Positions 53,603-64,000 of a DNA stretch of 64,000 nt are shown here, in pieces. The notes beneath the pieces are model-generated. The model was not told the DNA's origin. It worked only from the letters and a program-made list of their open reading frames with translations, and did no database searches. Every line of letters starts with the position of its first letter. The first letter of the stretch is position 1. A program made the position numbers and the translations under genes. The stretch is from Chiloscyllium plagiosum (lineage: Eukaryota): positions 2,342,007 to 2,406,006 of the forward strand of contig NC_057756.1 of assembly GCF_004010195.1 (NCBI RefSeq), given 5' to 3'.

Positions 53603-54891
53603 GAAACTGAAACAACTGATCAGCGGATCCAGATAATCTATACAATCAACACAGGAATTCTTGGACATCATCAGAAATATACACATAGACAAGGAAGAAA
53701 CGATGGTTTCATTCGACGTAACAGCACTGTTCACCTCTATTGACAAAACCCTAGCCAGAGAAACAATAGCCAACCTGCTGGACATACAGAACAGACAACA
53801 GGACGTGGAACCTATCAACAAAGACGGCATACTTAAACTACTGGACTTGTGCCTCACAACACACTTCACATTCAACAACCAGATATACGAACAAATCAAC
53901 GGAACACCCATGGGCTCACCGATCTCTGGACTCATAGCAGAAGCAGTAATGCAAAGGTTAGAACAAACAGTCTTACCACAAATTCAACCCAAACTCTGGG
54001 CCAGATATGTGGATGACACCTTTGTAATCATTAAATACACAGAAATAGAGAAAACACACCGGACCATCAACGCCACACTAACAGGAATCCGATTCACGAT
54101 AGAAGAAGAAAAGGGTAACCAACTCCGATTCCTAGACAGATGGTACAGAGAACACCGAACGGAGAATTCACCACAAAGGTATACAGGAAAGCCACACACA
54201 CAGACCAAGTCCTGAACTATGAAAGCAACCACCCCAACACACACAAACGACGTTGCATCAAGACACTATTCAAAAGGGCCACAACACACTGCAGCACACT
54301 AGAACTGCAAAAAGAGGAAGAGGAACACCTGTACAAGGTATTTGCCAAAAACGGATACCCGCGCAATTTCATCAACAGATGCCTAAGAGAAAGACAACGG
54401 AACAAGGACACGCTGTAGTGGACTTTATATTGGGTCCAGGTCGATGTGTTTGTTGGTGGTGTTTGTGGATGAGTGCCATGCTTCTAGGAATTCTCTGGCT
54501 GTTCTTTGTTTGGCTTGCCCTATAATGGTAGTGTTGTCCCAGTCAAATTCATGTTGCTTGTCGTTGCTTGCATTATAGGGCAAGCCAAACAAAGAACAGC
54601 CAGGGAATTCCTAGAAGCATGGCACTCATCCACAAACTCCATCAACAAACACATCGACCTGGACCCAATATACCGGCCACTGCAGCGGACAGCTGAAACT
54701 GACAACCGGAAGCGGCAGGGACAGGCCACTATAAATGCCGGAGGAAACACCATAGAAGCGCTTCACAGGAGGCTTCCAAGCACTGAGGATGTCACCTCGA
54801 CAGGGGACGAAACGATTGCAACAAAAACTTCCAGCTCGGCGAACAGAACCACAGCAACGAGCACCCGAGCTACAAATCTTCACCCAAACTT
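53603..54891 (+). mobile_element. Penelope-like (Poseidon-type) element: RT plus 3' end, with an internal inversion/deletion
   Basis: VSFDVTALFTSI, YEQINGTPMGSPISG, RYVDDTF, VYRKATHT. 14-bp TSD tgaagaaactacca (53589-53602, 54892-54905). Inverted segment at ~54415-54570. Confidence 0.93.
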
Positions 54892-55377
54892 TGAAGAAAC
54901 TACCATTCAATGTCGCCAATAGTTTGGCGAACTAAAGTTTAAGCAGTTCTTCTAATGCTGCTTTTTCCAGGCAGTTCAAATATCAGGTTAGTTCACATAG
55001 TTTGAGAAGATTTTATATACTTTGTTTTACGTTTCTCACTTTGAAAACGATTGTTACCTCACAAACGGAATTTTCAGTTGCTTTGACCTCTTGAGGTGCA
55101 CAGAATGACAGAGATTAAATAGTACATTTAAGCATTATGTGCATTCTACTTTACTTTACCTTTTTCCGAGAAAGTGAACGAATTTTCATAATTGATTTAC
55201 TTTTCATGACTCTCAGCTGATGTTATTGGATGTCTTTATTGTTATACTTGTATTGTGTAGTTTAAACTATTTGTTCATGTTTCCGACGTTGTTGCAACTC
55301 ATCATGATTACGTTGTCATTTGGAAAATGATGTTCAAATAACGTTAAATGTTTACTTTTTCCATTCGGGCCTTTCAG

Positions 55378-55398
55378 AACTTACGAAATGCAAAGAAG
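55378..55398 (+). CDS. 21-nt heptad micro-exon, type A (ELTKCKE)
   Basis: ttccattcgggcctttcag|AACTTACGAAATGCAAAGAAG|gtgagc: 21 nt, phase 1-1. Confidence 0.82.
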
Positions 55399-55804
55399 GT
55401 GAGCTTTTAAAAATAAAAGCTCAATGTTGACGAGGAGTTAGCATACTTCAAATGTTAGAAGAAACATATGCCAATTGCAATGATTAATAGAGTCAGTGCT
55501 GCATTATATCTTCAAGGAAAATTCAGCTTCAATCAAAGGAAGTACGTGGGGAATAACAAACGACTATAAAACGTCAAATATCAAAGATGCTGCAAAATTG
55601 AAGTAAATAGACAGTACGACGAATATCCCTGATAACGATATGCTTGGCAAGGGGAAAAATGTAAAATTTGTCGATTAATATAGTTAAAATTTCAGCCACG
55701 AATGTAGTGTTTCATTGCTCAATTTTTGAGTGCTTAGCGTTGCCTTATTTCGTTTGTGATTTTTAGAAATAGACTTTTTCATCAAGGTCTACTTTGTCCT
55801 GCAG

Positions 55805-55825
55805 ATCTAGCGAAGCACCAAGCAG
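55805..55825 (+). CDS. 21-nt heptad micro-exon, type B (DLAKHQA)
   Basis: ctactttgtcctgcag|ATCTAGCGAAGCACCAAGCAG|gtaaag: 21 nt, phase 1-1. Confidence 0.82.
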
Positions 55826-57021
55826 GTAAAGAGAAAATGATGATCAAGGTGTTAGTAGACGTGTCCAAAACAGGAATTCCCACATTTTTTTCTTATTCAG
55901 TGCTTGCATTTCAATTGACAGGACGAAATATTATTTCTTCATCATGACAATTTATCGATGAAGTTTGAAAGAAGTTTGTATTTGTTCATTTAGCCAATGT
56001 ATCTTTCTGTAAACGTTTCGTTTTCTCGCTAGGTGACATCATTATTGTCATCTCTGATAAGGTGTTGAGTATCTGCTAAATAACTTATTTTAAAGCAAAC
56101 CATTCTAGGGCAACGAGGGTTGGACATTATGAGTTTCAAAGACACGATAATGAATAAACCATGCAGAAAAATATATAAACACACCCCAGATAAAAATTGA
56201 AAGAGAAGCAATATTTAACCAATTGCAATACTGCAGCTGAATGATCTTAGTGACATGTCGGAGCAACCATCAGAAAAAGGAACGTATGTTACTGAATGAT
56301 TAATCAAAATATTTAGTGCCATCAGTAGACTTTGTTCTTGGTAAAAAATGTAAATGCTGCAAGGAATGTCTCTGCCTATTTACATAATGCTGCGTGTGAA
56401 GTACCGAGAAATGCTTCACATAGCCATAGTTTTCTCCTGCTGTCGGACACTTTTTTGGAAATATGGCAATAAGAAATAATAACGGGTCGATATTGCTATA
56501 AGGTCTTTTATTAAAAATGTTAAGAAATTGAAACATTCTGACAACAGCAAGATCTTACCTAATACAGGCTGATGAACAAGGATAATAGTGAAGAGACTAA
56601 CAGCATCAGAAATGCGTTACACGTAAAATGTAGACCGTCCCTCAAACATAATTATGTTAATGACGATGTTGAATTAAAGTTTTCTCCTCCAATGAATTGC
56701 GATGGTCATGAACAGATGATTTACTAATCAACTTAGAGGGAGTCCACAACTCTGAAATGGATGTGAGCTTTACAGTTGTGGCAAATACACTCGAGGCAAA
56801 TTTAATAAGAATTGTTGTAATTGTTTGGAACTCACAGTCCAGAACAAGCGCGAGTCTACAATTAAACGTTTTTTTGCTTCTGGAAATTCCTTTCAGAACA
56901 GGATGTTTATGAAGATTTCACAATTCCAAACTCCAAAACCTCATGCCCCACCAACTCCTCTTGATTACAGAAATGTGTGCTACAATTCACAGTTCAATGA
57001 TTTTCCCTTTTCGTTCTTTAG

Positions 57022-57042
57022 ATCTCAGAAAATATAAAGGAG
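57022..57042 (+). CDS. 21-nt heptad micro-exon, type A (DLRKYKG)
   Basis: ttttcccttttcgttctttag|ATCTCAGAAAATATAAAGGAG|gtgaga: 21 nt, phase 1-1. Confidence 0.82.
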
Positions 57043-57421
57043 GTGAGACCTCTAAAAAATGCGTCTAATAGATGTACAAATTTACAATTTGAAATGTTTA
57101 CTCAATTTCTGGCTAATTATTGCATTGGGACCGCAATGAAGAATGAATGTGCCAGCATTTTGACAAACAATTACTTTCCCCAGTGATATTGATGAATGCA
57201 CAAATGCGTAGAGGGATTGACTTTATGATAAAGACAGAAGATAATGCATGATCATAAATTTCATGCATTATTTAGTTGAAGTGTCAGAAAAAAATGGAAA
57301 CGAGACATCAGATATGCATTGGTTGATTAACATATATCCCCTGTTGACTCAATACGGATGAGCACTGCTATTTCTACAAATGCAGGACAGGACAATTGAC
57401 CAGTACTTGTTCCCAAACCAG

Positions 57422-57442
57422 ATCTTTCCAAGTACCAAGAAG
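57422..57442 (+). CDS. 21-nt heptad micro-exon, type B (DLSKYQE)
   Basis: cttgttcccaaaccag|ATCTTTCCAAGTACCAAGAAG|gtaaga: 21 nt, phase 1-1. Confidence 0.8.
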
Positions 57443-57959
57443 GTAAGAACACTTTAAAAAAATGTGCGATGTCAAAGAGTATCTTTCTAACATTACGAGG
57501 AATAGAAGTTTTCACAAACATCCTCCAGATTTGTGTTGTTACTGAATGCTTCCAAATTCGTTTGCCAAATGCATTATTTCTTTGATAAGCTGGACAATTC
57601 AGCCTGCATGATATTTGCGTTTTCTTGCTGAAAAAAAATAATTCTTCTATTATCGAGACAGGTAGTGTTCCTCACCCTAAACGCAAAGTTAAAAAAAAGG
57701 TTATGGTTCTGAATTCATACATAAAACTATCTGTAACAGCCAGTGTTCTCATTCCTCAATTAGTGTTTTCTTTACAAATGGACATGTCTGAATTATATTC
57801 TACGAACTTTGAATGAAACTTTTGACTGGACATCATCGGAGTGGGTATCCAGGTAAAGATGCCACCACGATAGAACAATGCACATAGCTAGAAACGATAA
57901 ACTGCTTAAAGTATCGTTGGAAAGATAAATACTTAGCTAGTTAGGTAGACTCACATACA

Positions 57960-57961
57960 TA

Positions 57962-58013
<52 letters not shown>

Positions 58014-58030
58014 TACATACATATGCATGC
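57960..58030. repeat. (TG)n(TA)n microsatellite
   Basis: Direct reading. Confidence 0.9.
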
Positions 58031-58129
58031 AATCAATGCAGAGAGAGAGGTAAATTATAGGTATAAACAAATAATGCCATTTTACATGACGAGCCAATGT
58101 TAATGATGCAACACATGGGAAATCATGAG

Positions 58130-58935
58130 TTTTGAAAAGATTTGTAGTTCAGGTTGAGGTTCTGGTTTATGTTTGCTCACTGTGCTGGAAGGTTAATTGT
58201 CAGGCGTTTCGTCACCATGCTAGGTAACATCTTCAGTGAGCCACTGGATGAAGCACTCGTGGTGCAGCTCTTCTTTTCTATTCATATGTTTGGTTTTACT
58301 TGCTATGGGCATGTCACGTCCTGTAATGGCGTCGTCTCCTATGGTGATCTAACTTATTGTTCTTTTTCTCAGGGGAAGGTAAATGGGATCAAAGTCAATG
58401 TGTTTGTTCCAAGAATTCCAGTTGAAATTCTTGTGTGTGTCTCTGTATGGCTTGTCCTGGGATGGATGTGCTGTCCCAGTCGAAGTGGTGTTCTTCTTCA
58501 TCCGTATGGATGTACACTAGCGAGAGTGGATCATGTCTTTTCTTTGTGGCTGGATGATGTTCATGCATCCCTGTGGCTATTTTTCGGCCTGTTTGTCCGA
58601 TGTCGTGTTTGTTACGGCTCTTGCAAGGTACTTAGTAAATAACATAATGAGATGAATTTGGAAGAGCCGATATTGACAACAAGCAAAACTAAAGTTATTT
58701 GCAAACTACATTGCAACAACTGTAGAAAACACAACAATGAACAAACAGGCTAAAAACTAGCCACCAAGATACATGAACATCAACTAGCCACAACTAGATA
58801 TGACTCAGTCCCACTAGTATCCTTACAAATGGATGACAAAGGATACCACTTGGACTGGGACAACACCTCCATCCTAGGACAAGCCAAAAAGAGACATGCC
58901 CGAGAATTCCCAGAAGCATGGAATTCCAGCCAGAA
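58130..58935. mobile_element. Older Penelope 3' fragment with an inverted copy
   Basis: Minus-strand pLTR/GIY-YIG at 58130-58640, followed by a plus-strand copy of the same region at 58660-58935. Confidence 0.8.
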
Positions 58936-59659
58936 ACCGTGTAATCTTGTAATTACTCCGCAGAATTAAAAAGCAGAACTGAGCTTGTCACATTTGTTTA
59001 TGACTTGATTATCGAGATATATTTCAATTCATTGAAATGGCATGGAAATAAGAATATTCCTATTGTATCATACACTTATAGTCTGCAAAGATATGGGGGA
59101 ATGAAGTTGCATTTGCAGAGAGTGATTGTGAGTGCACTAACCACGGTTAATCACCTTCTGAGTCAAAATACAAATGAAAATAAAATGTGTATCATGAATA
59201 TTTTCTTACGTTCGTGAAACTGATACTCTTCATTATTTCTCTTAATGAGTGCGGGGTAATCGACTATTGTATTGCGTTTAAAACACATTTCTCTCTTGGT
59301 CCTTCGAAACAAAGTAAGCAACAAGAAAATAAGCGTTGGAGAAACTGTGTTGGTGGAGTTCAAAAATACGGTGCGATGATGTTTACATTCCTTAATCTAC
59401 TAAATTACAATTGAGGGCAATTATTCACTATTGGGTGATGAAATATTGTATTTTAATTTGGGACTCTAAAAATGAAGATATGTTTGTAAGGTGTTTTGAA
59501 AAAGTGCTGTACTGCTGCAATGGCACAGCGTTATTACAGACAAAGTGCATTTTTCAGGCAGGAGAGACAAAGGGAGAGATTGCAGTTTTTACAAAGGTAA
59601 CCAATGAAGTAATCACAGTAAAAGGGAAAGTGAGAAAGATAACGTAGGGAAGTGATTGA

Positions 59660-60520
59660 GCCATACAGTCAGATTGCTGCAGCACGGAGACAGGCCTTTC
59701 AAATCAAATCGTTCCATACTAGCCAAAATGTCCATCCACAGTAACAACATTTCACTGGATTGGTCCAAATCATTCGAATAATTCCTATTCATGTGTTTTT
59801 CCAAATGCATTTTAAATGTTGTTAATGCACCCCCCACCTCACCACGTCTGCTGTCATCTAATTACACCTGCGCACCACCCTCTGTTAAAAAAAAGTCTCT
59901 GAGTTTCCCATTTATTCTTTTCCCACTAACCTTAAACTGATGTCCTCATGTCTTCGATTCCACAATGCTTGAAAAACCACTAAGTGCATTCACCCTATCC
60001 ATGCCTCTCATCATCTTATAACCCTCTGTAAGATCCCTCCTCAATCTCAAAACGTCTAACTTGTCCAAAATGTCCCTAAATCTCAGATAATTGAGTCCAG
60101 GCAACATTTGAGTAAAATTTTTCTACCATGTTTCTGTAGCATCCCTCATATGGCAAGATGACCTAAAGTGAACACAACCCTCCAAATTCAGCCTCAAAAC
60201 GTCCTGATAAACAACAGTATAAATTCCCTACGTCTATATTCACTGCCCTGACTGATGAAGGCCAGTGTGCCAAAAACCTTTTTTCACTACTCTCTCGACT
60301 ATTGACTCCACTTTCACAGAAGTGTGAACGTTTACCCCGATTCCTTCTTCTCTACTGCACTCCTGAAGTCCTGATTTTAAGGTTATTATCAAACTTATTA
60401 ATCATGCCTTGTACATTCTTATCCAAATTTATGTTTGTAGATAACAAACAGAAGTGGGCTCAGCCTCGATCCCTGAAACACTCCATTAGTCAGGGGCCTG
60501 CAGTGCAACAAGCATGATTC
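59660..60520 (-). mobile_element. Decayed CR1 3' portion
   Basis: 3'UTR motif (cagcacggagacaggccttt) and the ORF2 C-terminus on the minus strand. Confidence 0.75.
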
Positions 60521-60756
60521 CACTTGAGGAAATTTTGGCATCATCCGAAATGAAGTAGTTCCTTTGGAAACTGACATAACTGTATGATATTCTAATGATT
60601 TATACCAATTTTATAGTCAATGATATGCGAATTATGAGGCATTTCATTCCAATTTCTATGTAAAACACGAGATGATTGAAACAAAATGCCAAATCAATTA
60701 GTCTTTGAAGTAATAACTTATGCTAAATTTTAAACTTTACCCAATATTCACCACAG

Positions 60757-60777
60757 ATGTAAAGAATTTAAAAGCAG
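60757..60777 (+). CDS. 21-nt heptad micro-exon, type A (DVKNLKA)
   Basis: ctttacccaatattcaccacag|ATGTAAAGAATTTAAAAGCAG|gtgtgg: 21 nt, phase 1-1. Confidence 0.75.
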
Positions 60778-60968
60778 GTGTGGGATTCAATGAAATAATT
60801 GTAAACATCTGCAAATCAAACGAACCGTGTTTAAATTATTTCCAACAGGACTCATGATGAATTGGATAGTAATAACTTGTGATCATATGAACAGGAGTCC
60901 TGAGTATGTTTATTTACTTCAACATCACACACACATAAACATATATGTGTGTATGCACATATAGAAAT

Positions 60969-61052
<84 letters not shown>

Positions 61053-61082
61053 CAGACAGACATACAGACAGACATACAGACA
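60969..61082. repeat. (GATA)n/(GACA)n microsatellite inside the intron of the last exon pair
   Basis: Direct reading. Confidence 0.95.
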
Positions 61083-61308
61083 TGATTGCAAGTTCCATAC
61101 ATTGTTAAGATAATGTAGGAAACTGATTTCATTAATGTTCTACTTTGTTCAAAGTGTTTGGAAATAAATCAATCGCTCTAATGTGACAGTCAATCTACCC
61201 ACGATCTACCCATCTGTGATTGCTTCCTTTGCATTTTTTTAAAAATTGGAATTGCTTTAATAAGAAGTTGCTTACAAAAGAAGAATGACAATTGCTTTTA
61301 CCACGCAG

Positions 61309-61329
61309 TTCTTGCAAAGGAACAATCTG
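61309..61329 (+). CDS. 21-nt heptad micro-exon, type B (VLAKEQS)
   Basis: ttgcttttaccacgcag|TTCTTGCAAAGGAACAATCTG|gtaagg: 21 nt, phase 1-1. Confidence 0.8.
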
Positions 61330-61403
61330 GTAAGGATAATTGCAATATTGTAATCTGTCTACATGTTCTTTCCTGACTATGTGTTTTCCGGTTTTCTGTT
61401 TAG

Positions 61404-61423
61404 AAACATTGGTTGACAAGGAG
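61404..61423 (+). CDS. Candidate penultimate micro-exon (ETLVDKE, 20 nt)
   Basis: ttccggttttctgtttag|AAACATTGGTTGACAAGGAG|gttagg, after a 74-nt intron from 61329. An alternative donor at 61434 would give 30 nt. Confidence 0.4.
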
Positions 61424-61520
61424 GTTAGGATATGTAAGACATTTGTAATAATTTGTCATTTAAAAAGTTCTCATATGTCCACAAGTCTTTAATGTACAAG
61501 GAATCCTTTTTATGTCGCAG

Positions 61521-61550
61521 AACAATCAATATTATCACCTTTCAAAGTAA
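61521..61550 (+). CDS. Candidate terminal coding exon (NNQYYHLSK*)
   Basis: cctttttatgtcgcag|AACAATCAATATTATCACCTTTCAAAGTAA, in phase 0 after the 20-nt exon. AATAAA motifs occur downstream (~61938, ~62201, ~62276). Confidence 0.3.
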   Translation, partial: NNQYYHLSK

Positions 61551-62296
61551 GGCTCGAGAAAAATGCTTTGAAAAACGCAAAGTCAAGATAATTGGAAAAA
61601 TCTATCAGGAAGAAAAGCAAGGCATCCAAATTAGTTAATTTGAAATATGAGGAGAAGTATATGAAGACCGTGTCATGTAAGTCGACTAAGAAATGTTGTG
61701 TGTGTAAAGAAGGAAACTTGTGTGAATGTCATGATTTGACAGTGTGTCACCTGACCGATCATCGGAAGATATGTACCGAGAAAAGTAAAAGAAATGCCAG
61801 TCACGACAGAAATCGTGTAACCTTTGGGACAGAAGAGTGCTGCTGAAATGTTTATGGAAAGAAATGGCACGGCAGCAATTTCGCAAACGATTAGGGAACA
61901 TTTATGCTGCACTGTCAAATCATGCATTAGGCAAGGGAATAAATTGGCTGAAGAGATAGGAAGAGAAATCAGCACCAGGATTGGAGTTAATTCGCATCTT
62001 TACCTGCATTACCGAAAGGATTCACACCTTAGTTAAACATGATACATATACTAGCTCAGGGAATCATAATTTAAATGGAAATGAAATTAGAATCATATTA
62101 ACGATCAACAGAAAATGCACAATGCTACGACACGGGTGTGAATGCCTTTGTTAATTAAATTAAACGTCCAGAAAAGTTCTCTTCACCTCGTAATCTGATA
62201 AAATAAATGAGTCGCAGGGAACTCTAAAATTTCTTAACTTAACGAAAAAAGATCAATTCATTCTTTAGCTCTAGAAATAAACAACAAACAACTATT

Positions 62297-62455
62297 GAGA
62301 AAAGGTGAGCACTGCATATGCTGGAGATCAGAGTCAAAGAGTGCGTGCTAGAAAAGCAGAGCCGGTCAGGCGGCATCTGAGAAGCATGAGTTTCGACGTT
62401 TCGAGCATAACCTCTTCATCAGAAAGAGCTCATTCCACATGAAGAACTTATTAAA
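62297..62455 (-). mobile_element. Short Penelope pLTR fragment
   Basis: Matches gagaaagtgagg.ctgcagatgctggagatcagag, the terminus seen at 45972 and 63420. Confidence 0.7.
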
Positions 62456-63286
62456 ATCGCATCAAATTAATTTCAAAAGCATAGAGCGGCATTCGACGTC
62501 AGTATCTGTCTTATTGCCGCTGAATATCTCCCTGGATGGTCTTCTTTCTTTTAACTCATATTTATTACATGAAAAGCTAGGTTTGAGAGACAATCTTTGG
62601 ATATGACTCGATGACAGCTACTTTCCATGTCAGTTACGCTTTGATTGCATTTACTCTTGCCGCGGCTGTTACTTTGTCTGATTTCAAAATGATTGCCCTT
62701 TTTTAATCCCCCAACATTGGATTGTCTCATTGGTTACTGTTGGCAAATCACGAAATTCAAACTCGATTGGGTTTTAATACCCTGGGCATAATTTAAATTG
62801 ACTTATTGTATTCGAATTGTTGTCAAACCAGCAACAATCTCAGGGACCTATTTCACAACTAAACGATACATATTTTCAATTTTTCAGTACATCTGAGACT
62901 GCACGTTAGGCATTTGACAAGTACTTGCAAGTTCTCAGAGCATTCTCTATTAAAAGTATAATACAGACCTTCAAATTCATATCACCTCCCACTTAAGAGA
63001 AGCATATAGCATTAAATTCAAAAGAAAGGTTCATTTCTATTCTGATTCTTACTCCCATTACAATGAGATATATATTTAATTAGTCTATGCTCATCTTAAC
63101 TTCTGCACATACATATGTAACATCGGTATGTGTTCAATTGTACCTACACTTTAATGTTCAAATCTGCAATATCACATTTGCTATCACATGTTTTCAAATC
63201 GTAAAATGTACTGTTTCGAAAGTAAGTATCCTTGCCATATGATGGCAACGAGATCATATTATATTTTGTCTTTAAATCATTCCAAG

Positions 63287-64000
63287 TGTTTGGACATAGC
63301 CAACCATTCAAAACATTCTTAAGCAGGCAGCCCCAGACAACAACTTTGCAATTTGTTTCAGTAAGTGTGCAGTGAACATTACCCGGAGTAAGTTAATTGG
63401 GTTGACTCTTAGATTTTAAGGAGAAAGTGAGGTCTGCAGATGCTGGAGATCAGAGCTGGAAATGTGTTGCTGGAAAAGCGCAGCAGGTCAGGCAGCATCC
63501 AGGGAACAGGCGATTTCCTGAAGAAGGGCTTATGCCCGAAACGTCGGTGCTCCTGTTCCCTGGATGCTGCCTGACCTGCTCCGCTTTTCCAGCAACACAT
63601 TTCCAGCTCTTAGATTTTAAAACAGACAAAACATTATTCACAAAATTACACAACCAAACATAGGGAACAGAATAAAGAAACGCTACAGATCGCAATCTAT
63701 GCAAACGTGACAAAATTATGCTGTTCCGAATTCACACAACAGTCCCAAAAGCAAACTCCATCTAAATCCTGTGTAAATTGAACACATGCTTGCAAGTTGA
63801 AGTTGAAGGGCGGAAAGAGAGAGAGTTTCCACACAGCTCACTGTTGAACTTCTGACTAGCTCAAGATTATACTAAGTTGCTTATCTCAGCAAGAGAGGTG
63901 GCCACATTCCTTTTTTATAAATAATTTGTAAAATATGACCAGTTTGGCCTGGAGTCTCACCAGTTTACGTATAAACAAAAGGTCTCTCAAAACTCATTTG
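63287..64000. mobile_element. Solo LTR-like element running off the window end
   Basis: Similar to 17565-18189; interrupted by a pLTR hairpin. Confidence 0.55.
63420..63606. mobile_element. Young palindromic Penelope pLTR mini-element with a hammerhead core in the loop
   Basis: ~55-bp near-perfect inverted arms around CTGAAGA-AGGGCttatGCCC-GAAAC-GTC. 14-bp TSD ctcttagattttaa (63406-63419, 63607-63620). Confidence 0.9.

Noticed and set aside
56969..56989. 21-nt AG..GT interval (EMCATIH)
   Set aside because: Very weak donor and too close to the 57022 acceptor to leave a viable intron.
59558..59596. 39-nt open phase-1 exon candidate
   Set aside because: No heptad pattern and it would interrupt the A/B series; unsupported.
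62269..62304. 36-nt in-frame exon candidate (ALEINNKQLLRK) with a gtgagc donor
   Set aside because: The donor is supplied by the terminus of a Penelope pLTR fragment, and the peptide does not fit the heptad consensus.
63362..63387. Splice-like sites and a VNIT motif suggesting the start of a B30.2 exon
   Set aside because: Lies within a solo LTR-like repeat; a stop follows quickly; no PRY-SPRY motifs.

Overview
Eukaryotic, AT-rich, repeat-dense genomic DNA. The repeat content (CR1/HER1-type LINEs, an HE1-type tRNA SINE, a Deu-domain SINE, Penelope-like elements) points to a cartilaginous fish, probably a shark (inference). No long intact host ORF is present, and most of the ORF track is transposon debris or chance. 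The main hidden signal is a + strand series of 21-nt, phase-1 micro-exons spread over ~45 kb (16204, 16648, 42700, 42822, 55378, 55805, 57022, 57422, 60757, 61309). Each encodes one heptad, and they come in recurring A/B pairs. The eight from 42700 onward splice in frame to a coiled-coil-like tail, (G)MKKYKE-VHAKEQA-ELTKCKE-DLAKHQA-DLRKYKG-DLSKYQE-DVKNLKA-VLAKEQS. A candidate transmembrane exon lies upstream and a candidate short YxxL-bearing C-terminus lies downstream. This architecture resembles chicken BG / butyrophilin / MOG / Skint-family genes; no B30.2 exon was seen in the window. Very tentative decayed IgV-like remnants occur at ~1.6-2.0 kb and ~22/27 kb. The window also holds a ~12 kb class I (gamma/epsilon-like) endogenous retrovirus with both LTRs, a tRNA-His-like PBS, integrase and env remnants and nested insertions; many CR1 copies; three solo LTRs; several Penelope-like insertions with TSDs, inverted structure and minimal hammerhead ribozyme motifs; and a ~455 bp inverted duplication of local DNA inside a CR1. 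There are three assembly gaps.
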